Of a stretch of 64,000 nucleotides of DNA, positions 25,767-38,420 are shown piece after piece; within the stretch, counting starts at the first letter, position 1; each line of letters begins with the position of its first letter. The DNA is taken from assembly GCA_951406725.2 (NCBI GenBank), contig OX597840.1, forward strand, positions 39,060,001 through 39,124,000, in the 5' to 3' direction. The stretch comes from Octopus vulgaris. Taxonomy: Eukaryota. A program made the position numbers and the translations under genes. The notes under the pieces are model-generated. The model saw only the letters and a program-made list of their open reading frames with translations, was not told the origin of the DNA and ran no database searches.

Positions 25767-26118
25767 CATGTATTTGTGTGTGTATAGTGTATATATATAT
25801 ATGTGTGTTTGTGTCTATATATATACATATACATATACATATATATACACATATATATATATGTGTGTGCGTGTGTGTCTGTATATATACATGTATATAT
25901 GTTTATATAGATATATATGTGCGTGTGTCAGTATATATACATATACATATATATATATATTCATCTGAATCTAAATTTTGCTGAACTTATATATATATAT
26001 ATATATATATATACACGCACAACTATGCATTTATGTTTACATATACAGGTGTATATGTTTGCTTAGATGTATATCCAATTTCATACTTTCTTAATGTTTA
26101 TACACACACACACACATA

Positions 26119-26150
<32 letters not shown>

Positions 26151-26786
26151 GACACACACACATATATATATCCACGTAGCAATGACGATTACCAGCGCCA
26201 AGATGTTCGCAAAAATGAATATAAAATGATATAAAATAAACGCCAAGAAACAGTAGACGAACATGTTTATTGTGAAGATAATATTTTTGTATTTCCTGCT
26301 GCTACTTTGATCCGATTTCCTACAAAAATAACAGTAGGTGTCCACATATATTCATCTCAATCAATAATTTTCTTATATTCCCATTCATTTCACGTTATCT
26401 TATTCATCTATATATTTATGTACGTATTTATTCATTCTGTATTTTGTACGTAAATTTGTACATCAAGAAAACTTATTTTTTGATATTTTCTCGTCGCCCT
26501 TAACGAAATCAGTTGGTGGGATGTGAGTGTATTTAAGGAACATAACACATCTATATTGCATGGAGAAGAAAAAAAAACTCTTCAGAAAACCTAAAATACC
26601 ATTATTAATTTAACACCTGTGGAAAATTCTAAATTTTCTTTTAGTTGCAATATTATAAATGCGTTCTAACAATAAGCGTGAACTGAAGAGAGAATATTGT
26701 GTCTGCTAAATATTTTATCCATTATCCATCAGTAAATTCATTATTCTCAGATATGATATTTTTAAGCAAGAATATGTTTTAGGATT

Positions 26787-27094
26787 AAGGCGCCAAGACG
26801 GCGAAAATAACAACACGGTGGACTTGATGCTTAGCGGTATTTCGCCCGTCTTTATGTACCTTGTTTACATGCTTCCGAGGTCGACTTAGACACTCATCCT
26901 TTCGGTGTTGATAAGATTACTATCAATAAGGCGGCGAGCAGGCAGAATCGTTAGCACACCGGACGAAATGCTTACAAGTATTTCGTCCGCCGTTACGTTC
27001 TGAGTTCAGATTCCACTGAGGTCGACTTAGATACTCATCCTTTCGGTGTTGATAAGATAAGTATCAATAAGGCGGCGAGCTGGTAAAATCGTTA
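26787..27094 (+). mobile_element. Tandem 141-bp repeats of the SINE B 5' half (2 units plus start of a third)
   Basis: Units begin AAGGCG at 26787, 26928 and 27069; the first two end CCTTTCGGTGTTGATAAGATxxxTATCAAT. Confidence 0.85.
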
Positions 27095-27628
27095 GGCGCA
27101 GGTGTGACTGTGTGGTAAGTAGCTTGCTTACCAACCACATGGTTCCGGGTTCAGTCCCACTGCGTGGCATCTTGGGCAAGTGTCTTCTGCTATAGCCCCG
27201 GGCCGACCAATGCTTTGTGAGTGGATTTGGTAAACGGAAACTGAAAGAAGCCTGTCGTATATATGTATATATATATATATATGTATGTGTGTCTGTATAT
27301 GTTTGTTTGTCTGTGTTTGTTCCCCTAGCATTGTTTGACAACCGATGCTGGTGTGTTTATGTCCCCGTTACTTAGCGGTTCGGCCAAAGAACCGTTAGAA
27401 TAAGTACTGGGCTTGCAAAAAGAATAAGTCCCGGGGTCGAGTTGCCTGACTAAAAGCGGTGCTCCAGCATGACCACAGTCAAATGACTAAAACAAGTAAA
27501 AGAGTAAAAGAATAATGAGTAATCAAGAATAAAGATTAATCAAGAATAAAGAATAATCAAGAATAAAGAGTAATCAAGAATAAAGAGTAATCAAGAATAA
27601 AGGGTAAAAGAGTAAAGGGTAAAGAGTA
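27095..27628 (+). mobile_element. SINE family A inserted into a SINE B head, with expanded tail
   Basis: SINE B is split AATCGTTA|..|CACCGGGCGAAATG and resumes at 27629-27770; the tail contains ~5 copies of TAATCAAGAATAAAGAG-like units. Confidence 0.9.
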
Positions 27629-27854
27629 CACCGGGCGAAATGCTTACAAGTATTTCGTCTCCCGTTACGTTCTGAGTTCAAATTGCACCGAGGTCGACTT
27701 TGCCTTTCATCCTTTCGGGGTCGATTAAATAAGTATGAGTTGAGCACTGGGGTCGATTTAATCCATTAAACCATTCCCCTGAAATGCCAAATTATTACGA
27801 AAATTTGAATGTAATAATAAAAGTTGAATGGTCTTTTATTCCTTTATTCTATTA

Positions 27855-28070
27855 ATTGTTTCAGTCATTTGACTTCGCCATGCTGGAGCACCGCCTTTAG
27901 TCGAGCAACTCGACCCCGGGACTTATTCTTTTTGTGAGCCCAGTACTTATTCTATCGGTCTCTCTTTTGCCGAACCGCTATGTTACGGGGATGTTAACAC
28001 ACCAGCATCGGTTGTTAAGCAATGCTGGGGGGAAAACAAACAAAGACACACAAACATATGCACACTCACA
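27855..28070 (-). mobile_element. SINE family A, 3' half
   Basis: Match to 1055-1250. Confidence 0.85.
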
Positions 28071-28399
28071 TAGGGGAACGAAAACACCAAACGAAGTTAA
28101 AAACCAGAGAAACGGACAAAAAATATATGACTGTCGGGTAACGTTTTGTGCCTAGTTTTGTCTTGATTCAAAAGATGGGCTACAGCAAATATTCTGCTCA
28201 ATACCACAGATTTGCATGTCAGTTGCTTGACCTTAACCAGTTGAGCATGTCCCTTGGTGGCTGACAATATACGTATTTTAGATCACGAGTGGAAGTATTG
28301 TGGGAGCATCATAGCCATGTGTTGAGAAGAATGCTTTGGGGTTTGGGTGGTTCACTTCTGGGCACATACACTCACTCTCTATTTTTCTCTTTTTTATCT

Positions 28400-28756
28400 C
28401 TTTTACTTCTTTCAGTCATTTGACTGTGGCCATGCTGGAGCACCGCCTTTAGTCGAGCAAATCGACACCAGAACTGGAAGCCTAGTACTTATTCTATCGG
28501 TCTCTTTTGCCGAACCGCTAAGTTACGGGGACGTAAACACACCAGCATCGGTTATCAAGCGATGTTGGGAGGACAAACGCAGGCACACAAACACACACTT
28601 ACATATATATATATATGTAAGTTTCCGTCTACCAAATCCCTCACAATGCTTTGGTCGGCCCGAGAATATAGTTGAAGACACTTGCCAATTGTGGGACTTA
28701 ACCCGGAACCATGCGGTTCATAAGCAAGCTACTTACCAAACAGCCACTCCTACGCA
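28400..28756 (-). mobile_element. SINE family A with internal deletions
   Basis: Colinear with 1024-1434. Confidence 0.85.
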
Positions 28757-29083
28757 TATGGTTGTTTATGACATGAAAGTGACCATTCCGTCATCCCCAT
28801 GCGTCGTATACAAGCTCATCCGTTTCCTGTCTAGAAAGACCACGTGATGAACATCTATCCCCCGGTCAGCGGTACACGACGAGTAATACAACACTAGTTC
28901 ACATTTGGGGGATTTGTGACCATGACCTTCCTCCGGGTTTTGCTCAGTTTTCAACCTTGTAACCATCGGGTAATTACTCCGCCTGCTGTATGTTTGTGAC
29001 GTCCCGTTTCTCTGACTAACGATGTGTTTGTTTCGGCATGATGCATACCTGGGGTGTATCTATCGATTTCATCCATTCTATGC

Positions 29084-29315
29084 GTATTTAATTGCACTTC
29101 ACATTTCACTCTTACTGCACCTTTACATTGGAGCATACTTGCACTCGCCTAGAAACGGATAAAATATTTCAAAACTCCTATATTGCAAAATATTTTTCTA
29201 CTGTAGGTATGCTGGTGTGTTTACGTCCTCGTAACTTAGCGGTTCGGCAAAACAGACAGATAGAATAAGTACTAGGCTTACAAAGCATAAGTCCTGGGGT
29301 CGATTTGCTCGACTA
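29084..29315 (+). repeat. Local direct duplication, copy 1 (unique sequence plus SINE A fragment)
   Basis: Highly similar to 32938-33146, including the TGTAGGTATGCTG junction. Confidence 0.85.
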
Positions 29316-29572
29316 GTGTTAGCAATGAAAATTTAAAAGACGAAATACAGGTGTACAACATTCAAACCGATGGTCTTTCGTCCTTTACTTTTGATGTAAC
29401 CCTTATATAGCCTTATAACCCTCATTACGATGTCCAGGGTTCCGTGAGATTAGGCAACGGTGGGAGATTAAAGCAATTAACCATATGTGGCAAAACCTGA
29501 TTGGAGTAATCCACGCCGCTGAGCGCATCCATGAATAAATAACAGACATCTATATGTATTCGCTTTGCAGAG

Positions 29573-29612
<40 letters not shown>

Positions 29613-29632
29613 TCACACTCACACATTGATAT

Positions 29633-29770
<138 letters not shown>

Positions 29771-30300
29771 TACACGCACATATACGGGTGCAGAAAAATA
29801 TGTAAATCTACACATCTATATCTTTATATATCTTTCCATCTATCTAGAAATATATGTAGAGATGTGTCTATGCGTAAGCATGTGCTGGTGTGTATGTGTA
29901 TATGTATGAATGTATGTATGTGACCATTCCCTCTACATACATACATGCATACAAACAAACATATATTCTTGCATATACACGTACACACAAACACATACTT
30001 ACGCATACACATATCTATACGTATATTTCTAGATAGCTGGATAGATATATAAAGATGTAGATATAAGTGTAGACTTACATATAAATGAGTGTTTATGCAT
30101 GTATGTATGCATATATGTATGTCTGTCTGTCTCTATGTATGTATGCATGTATATATGTATGTATATTCACATGAATAAATGATGAATGCGACACACACGA
30201 CTGTTTGCCATTGTGTCACTCAGCAAATGATGATTATTACGGATAAATATATCCCCATTCTTTGCAGTTCAAATTCCCCTTTTGGATCACAAAAGCAATA

Positions 30301-30335
<35 letters not shown>

Positions 30336-30864
30336 GTGTGTTTTCTTGTGTGTAGACACCTACATAAACTTTATATAATGTTGCCATTCTAGTGCTTATT
30401 GTTGCTAGGATCATTATATCTGCATCAGAGAAATACGGTCTTTAGTAAGAAAACAACAGGAAGTGTTTACATTTAAAGCACCAGTATTCTCTGCTCATTA
30501 GTTATAAATGATATCCGTGTTAAATGATGATATTGAAAGCAATACACCATAGCATATATATCGACACATACATTGTAAGGTCACTTGCGCTGGAAGTACA
30601 TCTGATTTGCACTGTTTTCCAACAGAGTTTGATGAAATGAAAGATGTTTACACATATCTATTCATGCATTGATATAGTTAACTGCATTCCGGCATCCATA
30701 GTTATAATATACAATCACTGGCTCATATACACACTGGTGTAGTAATGCGCGCACAATTATCTAAATGTATAATGAGTTCGTGGTTTCGTGGCAGAAAAAG
30801 TACAAACGCAAATGCCATGTTTTTTTTATTTCTATATTAATGATAAGAAAAAAACAACATACAT

Positions 30865-31480
30865 ATGTATGTATGTGTGCATGTATGTATGTATGTGTGT
30901 ATATATGTATGTGTGTGTATGTATGTAGGTAGATGTGTGTATGTATGTATGTGTATGTATGTATGTACGTATGTATGTATGAATGTATATATGTATGTAG
31001 GTATGTGTGTATGTATGTGTGTATGTATGTATGTGTGCATGTATGTATGTATGTATGTGTGTGTATGTATGTATGTATGTGTGTATGTATGTATGTATGT
31101 GTGTATGTATGTATATATGTATGCATGTATGTATGTATAAATGTATATATGTATGTATATATGTATGTATGTGTGTATGTATGTGTGTATGCATGTACGT
31201 ATGTATGTGTGTATGAATGTATATATGTATGTAGGTATGTGTGTATGTATGTGTGTATGTATGTATGCGTGCATGTACGTATCTATGTATGTATGTGTGT
31301 ATGTATGTATGTATGTGTGTATGTATGTATGTATGTATGTATGTATGTATGTATGTATGTATGTATGTATGTATGTATGTATGTATGTATGTGTGTATTC
31401 ATGTACGTATGTATGTATGTATGCATGTATTTATGTACGCATGTATGTGTGTATGTATGTATGTATGTATGTATAAATGT
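30865..31480. repeat. (TGTA)n/(TG)n compound microsatellite
   Basis: Direct reading. Confidence 0.95.
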
Positions 31481-32003
31481 ATATGTGCGCGTATGTGTTT
31501 CTCAGAATATGTATACGCGTGTGTGTACGTGTTTATTGAATATATATATCTATATGTATAAACATTTTTGTGTGATGTTTTACGGCACAAGATGCGAAAT
31601 ATGTTTACAGAAAAACAAGCGAGAAAATAACGTTGTTTTCAATTTCACAATCTACGCAAATATATAAAATAAAATAAAATAAAAAGAAAAACCATTATTT
31701 CGATAACAGTTGGACTCTAGCGAGAGGTATGTGGTTACTTTTCATTCATCGCTTGTCGTTCCATCATTAATGCATTATCTACATTGTTATGAACATACGA
31801 AGACAAAAACACATCAATGCCAACAACAACAACAACATCAGGTGCACCATCAACAACAAAAATAACACTTAGTTTACTGTTCCTGCTGATATTATATGTT
31901 TGCGCGTGTGCACGAGCCTGTGTGAGTGTATGTGCAATAATTAAATATCTTTATATATACATATATATAAACATATATGTATATATATATATATATATAT
32001 ACA

Positions 32004-32289
32004 AAAATAAGCAACAAGAATGAATCCGGTAATTTGGTGCAATTGTTTCATACTATAGACATTTTATTAAAAGCTGTAAATATTACAGCAGATTTAAGAT
32101 TTAAGATTTAAGATTTACAGCTTTTAATAAAATGTTGTAGTATGAAACAATTGTACTAAATTACCGGATTCATTCTTGTTGCTTATTTTTTATTATAATC
32201 ACCCCGGATATTTTTATGGGTAGCACCATACAAAATTCTGGTGCATCTAAATTAAGTACCATATACATTTGAATCTAAATTGTTGCTGA

Positions 32290-32295
<6 letters not shown>
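32004..32295. mobile_element. Asymmetric fold-back element in (TA)n
   Basis: Arms 32004-32082 and ~32113-32190; spacer contains (GATTTAA)x3; unpaired tail to 32295. Confidence 0.88.
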
Positions 32296-32339
<44 letters not shown>

Positions 32340-32421
32340 GGTCCCGGGTTGATTCGGAGTTAACCACAGTAAATAAGGTACTCAATACATGGCAGAGTAA
32401 ATTAATTTATTTTATAGAAGG

Positions 32422-32471
32422 AGCTTTACAGGACTAGAACTGTTTCATTCAAATGAAATCATCAGGAAGCT
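32422..32471 (-). ncRNA. Type I hammerhead ribozyme motif, mirror copy with a 1-nt deletion at the cleavage site/stem I junction
   Basis: Minus strand AGCTTC-CTGATGA-TTTCATTTGAAT-GAA-ACAG..CTGT-A-AAGCT. Confidence 0.75.
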
Positions 32472-32556
32472 TGGTGTCAGGAATAGTTTTGGCATTTATA
32501 CATTTAGGCAGATTATCTGCCTAAATGTATAAATGCCAAAACTATTCTTGACACCA

Positions 32557-32607
32557 AGCTTCCTGATGATTTCATTTGAATGAAACAGTTCTAGTCCTGT
32601 AGAAGCT
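32557..32607 (+). ncRNA. Complete type I hammerhead ribozyme motif
   Basis: Stem I AGCTTC/GAAGCT; CTGATGA 32563-69; stem II TTC/GAA with U.U closing; GAAA 32582-85; stem III ACAG/CTGT; predicted cleavage after GUA at 32601. Confidence 0.85.
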
Positions 32608-32611
32608 CCTT

Positions 32612-32661
<50 letters not shown>

Positions 32662-32669
32662 TACATTGT

Positions 32670-32937
32670 TCCGTCTTGAACATGCTCATCCTCTCCTCCT
32701 GTCTTCCAGTTTAATTCTCCTCGGTTGCTCCGTAAACAGTAAGGGAGCCCTTTTGCCGCTTCTTCCATCCACACTTCTCCCGTCCATCCTTATGTTGCTA
32801 TTCTCTGTCATTCCAATGGCTGTAAGCATCGCCCATACTGATCAGGGAGCCAAATGCCAACGGCCGAGTTCATCTGGGACAAGCACTGACTACGGCCCCT
32901 CCTCCCCGCCATCCTGCATAACGCCCTCGTACTCAGA
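32670..32937 (-). mobile_element. Decayed 3' end of an RLE-type (HERO-like) non-LTR retrotransposon
   Basis: Across stops and frameshifts: EYEGVMQDGGEEGP*SVLVPDELGRWHLAP*SVWAMLTAIGMT..MEEAAKGLPYCLRSNRGELNWKTGG, resembling the KY..L..C...GW....PVEVGCRGF..SVW.ML..LG..EAAE.AS.WLW C-terminal pattern. Confidence 0.6.
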
Positions 32938-33211
32938 GTATTTAATTGCACCTTTACATTGGAGCATACTTGCACACGCCTAGGAACGGATAAAAGATTT
33001 CAAAACTCCTATATAGCAAAATACTTTTCTACTGTAGGTATGCTGATGTGTTTACGTCCTCGTAACCTAGCGGTTCGGCAAAACAGACAGATAGAATAAG
33101 TACTAGGCTTACAAAGAATAAGTCCTGGGATCGATTTGCTCGAGTAAAGGCGGTGCTCCAGCATGGCCACTGTCAAATGACTGAAACAAATGAGTAAAAG
33201 AGTAAAAGAGT
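32938..33211 (+). repeat. Local direct duplication, copy 2, continuing into the SINE A tail
   Basis: Matches 29084-29315. Confidence 0.85.
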
Positions 33212-33733
33212 GCTTGTGTATGTGTGAACGTGTAGGTGTATGTGTGTCAGTGTGTGTGTGCGTGTGTGGGTGTGTGTATAAATAGTGTAAGCAAAATAAG
33301 GGTTCGTGGCATTCCTTTAAATGCTCAACATTTCCCCGCGGTTTCCTCCTTCCGGCGCCACCGGAAGGAGACCAATATTATCGTTGAAGGAGCGAAATTG
33401 CATTTGACCCTTTGGCTGATAATTCTCGAAAATTAATTTGCTTAGATATTATTTATTTTGTTATCATCCGGAATGACTATACTAAAACATGATAATAACA
33501 GAATTAATAATATAGGTAATCGCATAAATTATTTTGAATAGTTTTATTTTGCCAGGACAGAAACCGATTCAACTGAGTCCCTATACGTAAATGTACGTTG
33601 ATAGATTTTATTAACTTAATCTGCTTTCGTTTGATATCTGTAGTTACCATTAGTGTATTTTTAGCGATTTAAATAAGAGCTTTGACTGTTTATTTCCAGC
33701 AGCCAGACGTAATTAGTATGCCCTTTGATTAAT

Positions 33734-33793
<60 letters not shown>

Positions 33794-33798
33794 GCAGT

Positions 33799-34115
33799 GT
33801 GGAAGATGTTTATGAGCCACTTAAGAAACACACAAGACCGTTAGATTCACTTCAACATTTAAATTTAATTTGTCAAAATATTTTCGCCGCAAAATATTTT
33901 CGTGCTGCATGTATGCAGCACGAAGCTTTGTCAGTGAAGAGGTCGCGGTCTCAAAGCGACGAAAATATTTTGACAAATTTAATTTAAATGTTGAAGTGAA
34001 TTTAACGGTTTTTATGTGTTTCCTAAATAGCTTACAAACACCTTCAACGCTCCAATTATTTTCGTTCCAGCACACGATCTCAGATCAAGTCACTCTCTAT
34101 GCAAGTACATCTCCG
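33799..34115. mobile_element. Asymmetric fold-back element carrying an HHR, in (TA)n
   Basis: Arms 33799-33890 and 33956-34048; tail to 34115; (TA)n on both sides. Confidence 0.85.
33927..33977 (+). ncRNA. Minimal type I hammerhead motif with C3G core change
   Basis: TTTGTCA-GTGAAGA-G-GTCGC..GCGAC-GAA-AATATT-T-TGACAAA; perfect 7-bp stem I, 5-bp stem II, palindromic stem III. Confidence 0.75.
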
Positions 34116-34117
34116 TA

Positions 34118-34214
<97 letters not shown>

Positions 34215-35477
34215 CGAGAAGTTTCCACATAATTTACTTCTACTCACAAGCCATTTGTTGACCTGGGTATATAATAGAAGACCCTTACTGGAGATGCCGA
34301 GCAGCGGGCAGGATCCTCAAAGAGGGTAGCTGCAGAGATCCGTACCGCACGCTACCATATCATATATATATATATATAATATATATGATACTCACCTACA
34401 TATATTATACACACATACACGTGAGCGAGTGTGTGTGTGTAAGATTGTCATTTGTATATTGTCGTAGATATACACTTCATTGTAAATAATTGTAGTTAGA
34501 CTATTTCGAATTTGTTTGTCTCGTTATTTTCCAGGAGATACTCATGTATAATGAACTCCTCAGATCTGTTTTGTTCTTGCATTTTTGCCATGGCGTTGTG
34601 TTTGGAGAACCTAGTGTCACATAACTTTTGAGTTAATGTCTGTTCTTTGTCTCAATTCCATTTCAATCTTTCATTTCCAGGCTGACCAGGACACCTTTAT
34701 GACTCATTTACAGTCGTTTGCATTTTTTATGAGATATTCTACATAGACTAACAGCATTCACCGTTGGGATAAGAACATATATTTAGCGAATTTCCATTTC
34801 ATCAAGGCTTTTAAGCTCGCGAGAAAATATTCCTTTGTCACGGAGGAACAAGTTACGATAGAAAAGACATCCAGTGTTGAATTATTTAAACACGCTACTG
34901 GGGAAATATATTATAGAACGTGCGTCAAGAGAACATGGTTAATGAGGGAATTTCATATATCGTAATTTAGAACAAAAGATTTAATGAATTTAATGCAAAA
35001 TAGTATGCTGGTATTGATCGTTATTGAATTATTCATAGAAAAGGGGCGACTGTTGTACAACATGATTCATTTTAAATAATCGCATTCTAATTTTCCCTGA
35101 AGGATATTATATATTTCGCTGGTTAATGAGGAATTGAATTACAAATGTTAGATCTTGTTTTTCAATGACATAGAACAAGAGTTAAGATCGTTACAAATGT
35201 CGCATTATAAATCACCAGTTGAGGTTATTTTAAAATACACTGCATCTCGAGGGATATCTTTCCATCCATAAGTAAGAAGGAATTTATACTGAAATGGAAA
35301 TGCATGCAGTTGTTCAAAGACTTTTGTATATAGTCGCAGGCATGACTGTGGGATAAGAAGCTCGATTACCAACCGCGTACGTGAATTGACCCTTAGTCTG
35401 ATTGGGCAGCTAAAACCGTAAAGAGAGCAATGCATTCGAGTACATTTCATAGAAGGAAAAAAAAGTGTTTTATATGC

Positions 35478-35521
<44 letters not shown>

Positions 35522-35749
35522 GCTGCGATGGTATGTTGTTTTTGTTCATTCATATATATCTTGAGTTCGTTGCACTGAAGAACATAAAATGCAAATACTG
35601 CATTGATTGCGAAATCACAGGTGATATGTAACTAAATTCTGTTTTTAACTGACTCGCTTCGAAGATTGCATTCGGTACAATTTGTTTATTTTGGTAGTTT
35701 TGACTTTAAAAGTCCCTCCTAGCGTGCGGCATTTATGTGTAATAGTGCC

Positions 35750-35844
<95 letters not shown>

Positions 35845-35845
35845 C

Positions 35846-35877
<32 letters not shown>

Positions 35878-35951
35878 GTTTATATATATGTATATATGTA
35901 TGCATGTATTATATATATATATATATATATATATGATTATAATTATATATC

Positions 35952-36115
35952 AGGAGAGTTTACGAAGACAGGTGGTGTACAAAACAAACATATGTATTAG
36001 TATAATGCTCAGGAATAGAAAAAGTATTTTATGTTTCGAGCCTACACTCTTCTACAGAAAGGGACACAGAAAAAGCAAGGCGAGAAAAAAATGTGTGTAG
36101 TGGCTAACGATCTAT
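35952..36115 (-). mobile_element. CTGTAGA-HHR short element, diverged copy (HHR at 36026-36061)
   Basis: Colinear with 63785-63967; minus strand CTTT-CTGTAGA-A-GAGT GTAG GCTC-GAAACAT-A. Confidence 0.8.
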
Positions 36116-36152
36116 ATATGTATACATTTATATACATATATATATATATATA

Positions 36153-36448
36153 GTACGTTTATATATTTGTTGTGCAAGATTTTTTACATGAAGTTGTGTG
36201 TTGAAACAGATATTATTATATTTCGGAATGGTCATTTTGCCAGTTTAGCCAATAAAAACACACGCACTATATATTTGGTGTTGTTTTGCTTCAGTGTTAT
36301 TTATTTTTTACATTAAACTTAATCTTATTAATCTGACCGAAATAAGATTAAGATTAATGTAAAAAATAAATAACACTGAAACTAAATGACACCAAATATA
36401 TAGTGCGTGTGTTTTTATTGGCTAAACTGGCAAAAGGACCATTCCGAA

Positions 36449-36460
<12 letters not shown>
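36153..36460. mobile_element. Asymmetric fold-back element between microsatellites
   Basis: Arms 36211-36329 and ~36342-36460 (TGCCAGTTTAGCCAATAAAAACACACGCACTATATATTTGGTGT and its reverse complement); tail 36153-36210. Confidence 0.9.
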
Positions 36461-36517
<57 letters not shown>

Positions 36518-37384
36518 AAAAGTATATATGTGAAGTATTATTAAAAACAGTAATAATGATGTGATGGTGTGGCTAGCAGGACTTCTACCTAAACAGGTAC
36601 AATATAAAAATCCCACCAATTCTACAATAAGTACACACACGAGTAATGTAATGAATATTTTAAAAACTTGGCCTGACGAAAACTTGTGTGCGTTTCTAAC
36701 TTTAAACGTGATGGTGAATGGATTTGAAGCGGTCCGGAAGAAAGAGCAATAACTTCTGAAATGTGCATATACACTCATTCCTTAATTTTATATTTTTGAT
36801 CGCATTGTTTAGATAGACGTATTCGTAAAAGAAACGTCGTAACATTCAGTGCTGGCTCTAATATCTATAGGAAATCTGTAGAGGTAACTTTTAAGGTATT
36901 CCTTAAATGAGTTAGGTGAGGCTTGATGGAAATGTAACCTTTATTTCCGGGATGGCAAAATATAGCCGGGTTATCTCCAATTATTTGATGTTCGTAGAGT
37001 AACTCGGCCTACCTGTGTTTCAATCGGTAAAAATCTCTAAATCATTTTACATCACATAACTTGAATACAATAATTAGAACTTATATTTGTCTAACGCTGT
37101 GAGAAAGTTTCGCTGCTGCTACAGATGTCAGGCTAATTATCTTTCTATTGATCTGCAATTCCAACACACGATTCAATACAGCGGTTAGACTATATACGAT
37201 ATGATACGATACATACAAACATACATGCATTTATCCACACACACACATATACAGGCACACTCACACACGCACACACATGTATATATTTATATATATATAT
37301 ATAAGATATATATAGATGTGTGTATGTATATGCATACATATATATATATATACATATATAGATAGATTGATATATAGATAGATA

Positions 37385-37437
<53 letters not shown>

Positions 37438-37819
37438 GGGATAAAATTCGACAGGAATAAATTGGTAAATGTTTTTCATCTCTAAATTTATTCCTGTCGA
37501 ATTTTATCCCCAATTTTTGTGGTTATAGACCTAGCTGTTCTTTCTAGCGTTTAGAATCCCTATAAGTGGATTTCTTATGTGTTTAAATATACAGTATCTC
37601 GTCTGACTAATATATAGTCTTTTTGACTAAATTTTTTTTACACCTTAGACCACTGGAAATGTAAATTTTAATTATTTTCCATTTCTCTTTGCTATGATTA
37701 AATATATATATGCATATATATCTATATAAATATGAGAGGGATGTTGTGTGTGTGTGTGTGTGTGTGTGGTTCTGTGTGTGTGTCTGTGTATGTGTATGTG
37801 TATGTGTGTGTCTGTGTGT

Positions 37820-37876
<57 letters not shown>

Positions 37877-37957
37877 TGTCTGTAAATATCAGCGAGTTTG
37901 TTGCTGGAAAATAACATATAAAATTTTGCGAAAGGAATGAGTTTTCATTACTAGCTG

Positions 37958-38017
37958 GTGATTATCACACACTGAAGACGCGTAACTGCCCAGAAATCCC
38001 GGGTCTGTGTGTATCAC
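37958..38017 (+). ncRNA. Type I hammerhead motif with decayed stem II
   Basis: GTGAT..CACACA-CTGAAGA-CGCGTAACTGCCCA-GAA-ATCCCGGGT-C-TGTGTG..ATCAC; GUC cleavage triplet ending at 38005; stem I of 6+5 bp. Confidence 0.65.
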
Positions 38018-38229
38018 GTAAGGCTAGCGATGACAACGATGATTTTCCCCTTGCAAATACTAATCGTTAACCAGCTGAAGGCGATGCCTTCCTTGGGCTA
38101 AACACAACAGTAGCATCGTGCTCTATGTGACCGCCACATATAGTTGGCAAATATATTTACGATATATGGTGGTGGTTGTTTACTCCTTATGGAGAGTTTC
38201 ACCACATCCAGTACCTACACCTTATCATC

Positions 38230-38420
38230 ATCATTTCATCTGATGTGCCTTTGTAAACCAGACAATGTTCTGAAAAGACGGCCACGTAGTTTGCACCTAC
38301 GATTTGGACCACCAAGAGCTGCAGATTAGCCTGTCCTTTGTAGATTTTAAAATGTCTTCTGAGGCCTCCGTTGGATTTGCAAACCTTCAACATACACTGC
38401 ATTCAAAGGTGTGCACAGAT
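38230..38420 (-). pseudogene. Two decayed C2H2-like zinc fingers, probably the C-terminus of an RTE-clade LINE
   Basis: Frameshifted FECSVC/KVCKSNGGLRRHFKIY and RCKLRGRLFRTLSGLQRHIR*. Confidence 0.5.

Larger units (their letters stand above)
32337..32617. mobile_element. Palindromic double-hammerhead element in (TA)n
   Basis: 32412-32513 is the reverse complement of 32515-32617 (one substitution, one indel); unpaired tail 32337-32411; (TA)n on both sides. Confidence 0.9.

Noticed and set aside
36421-36456. CTGGCAA..GGA CCAT TCC-GAAATATA in the 36211 fold-back, and GAAACAATTGTA in the 32004 fold-back
   Set aside because: Suggestive 3' halves, but the core boxes are multiply altered and stem I is absent.
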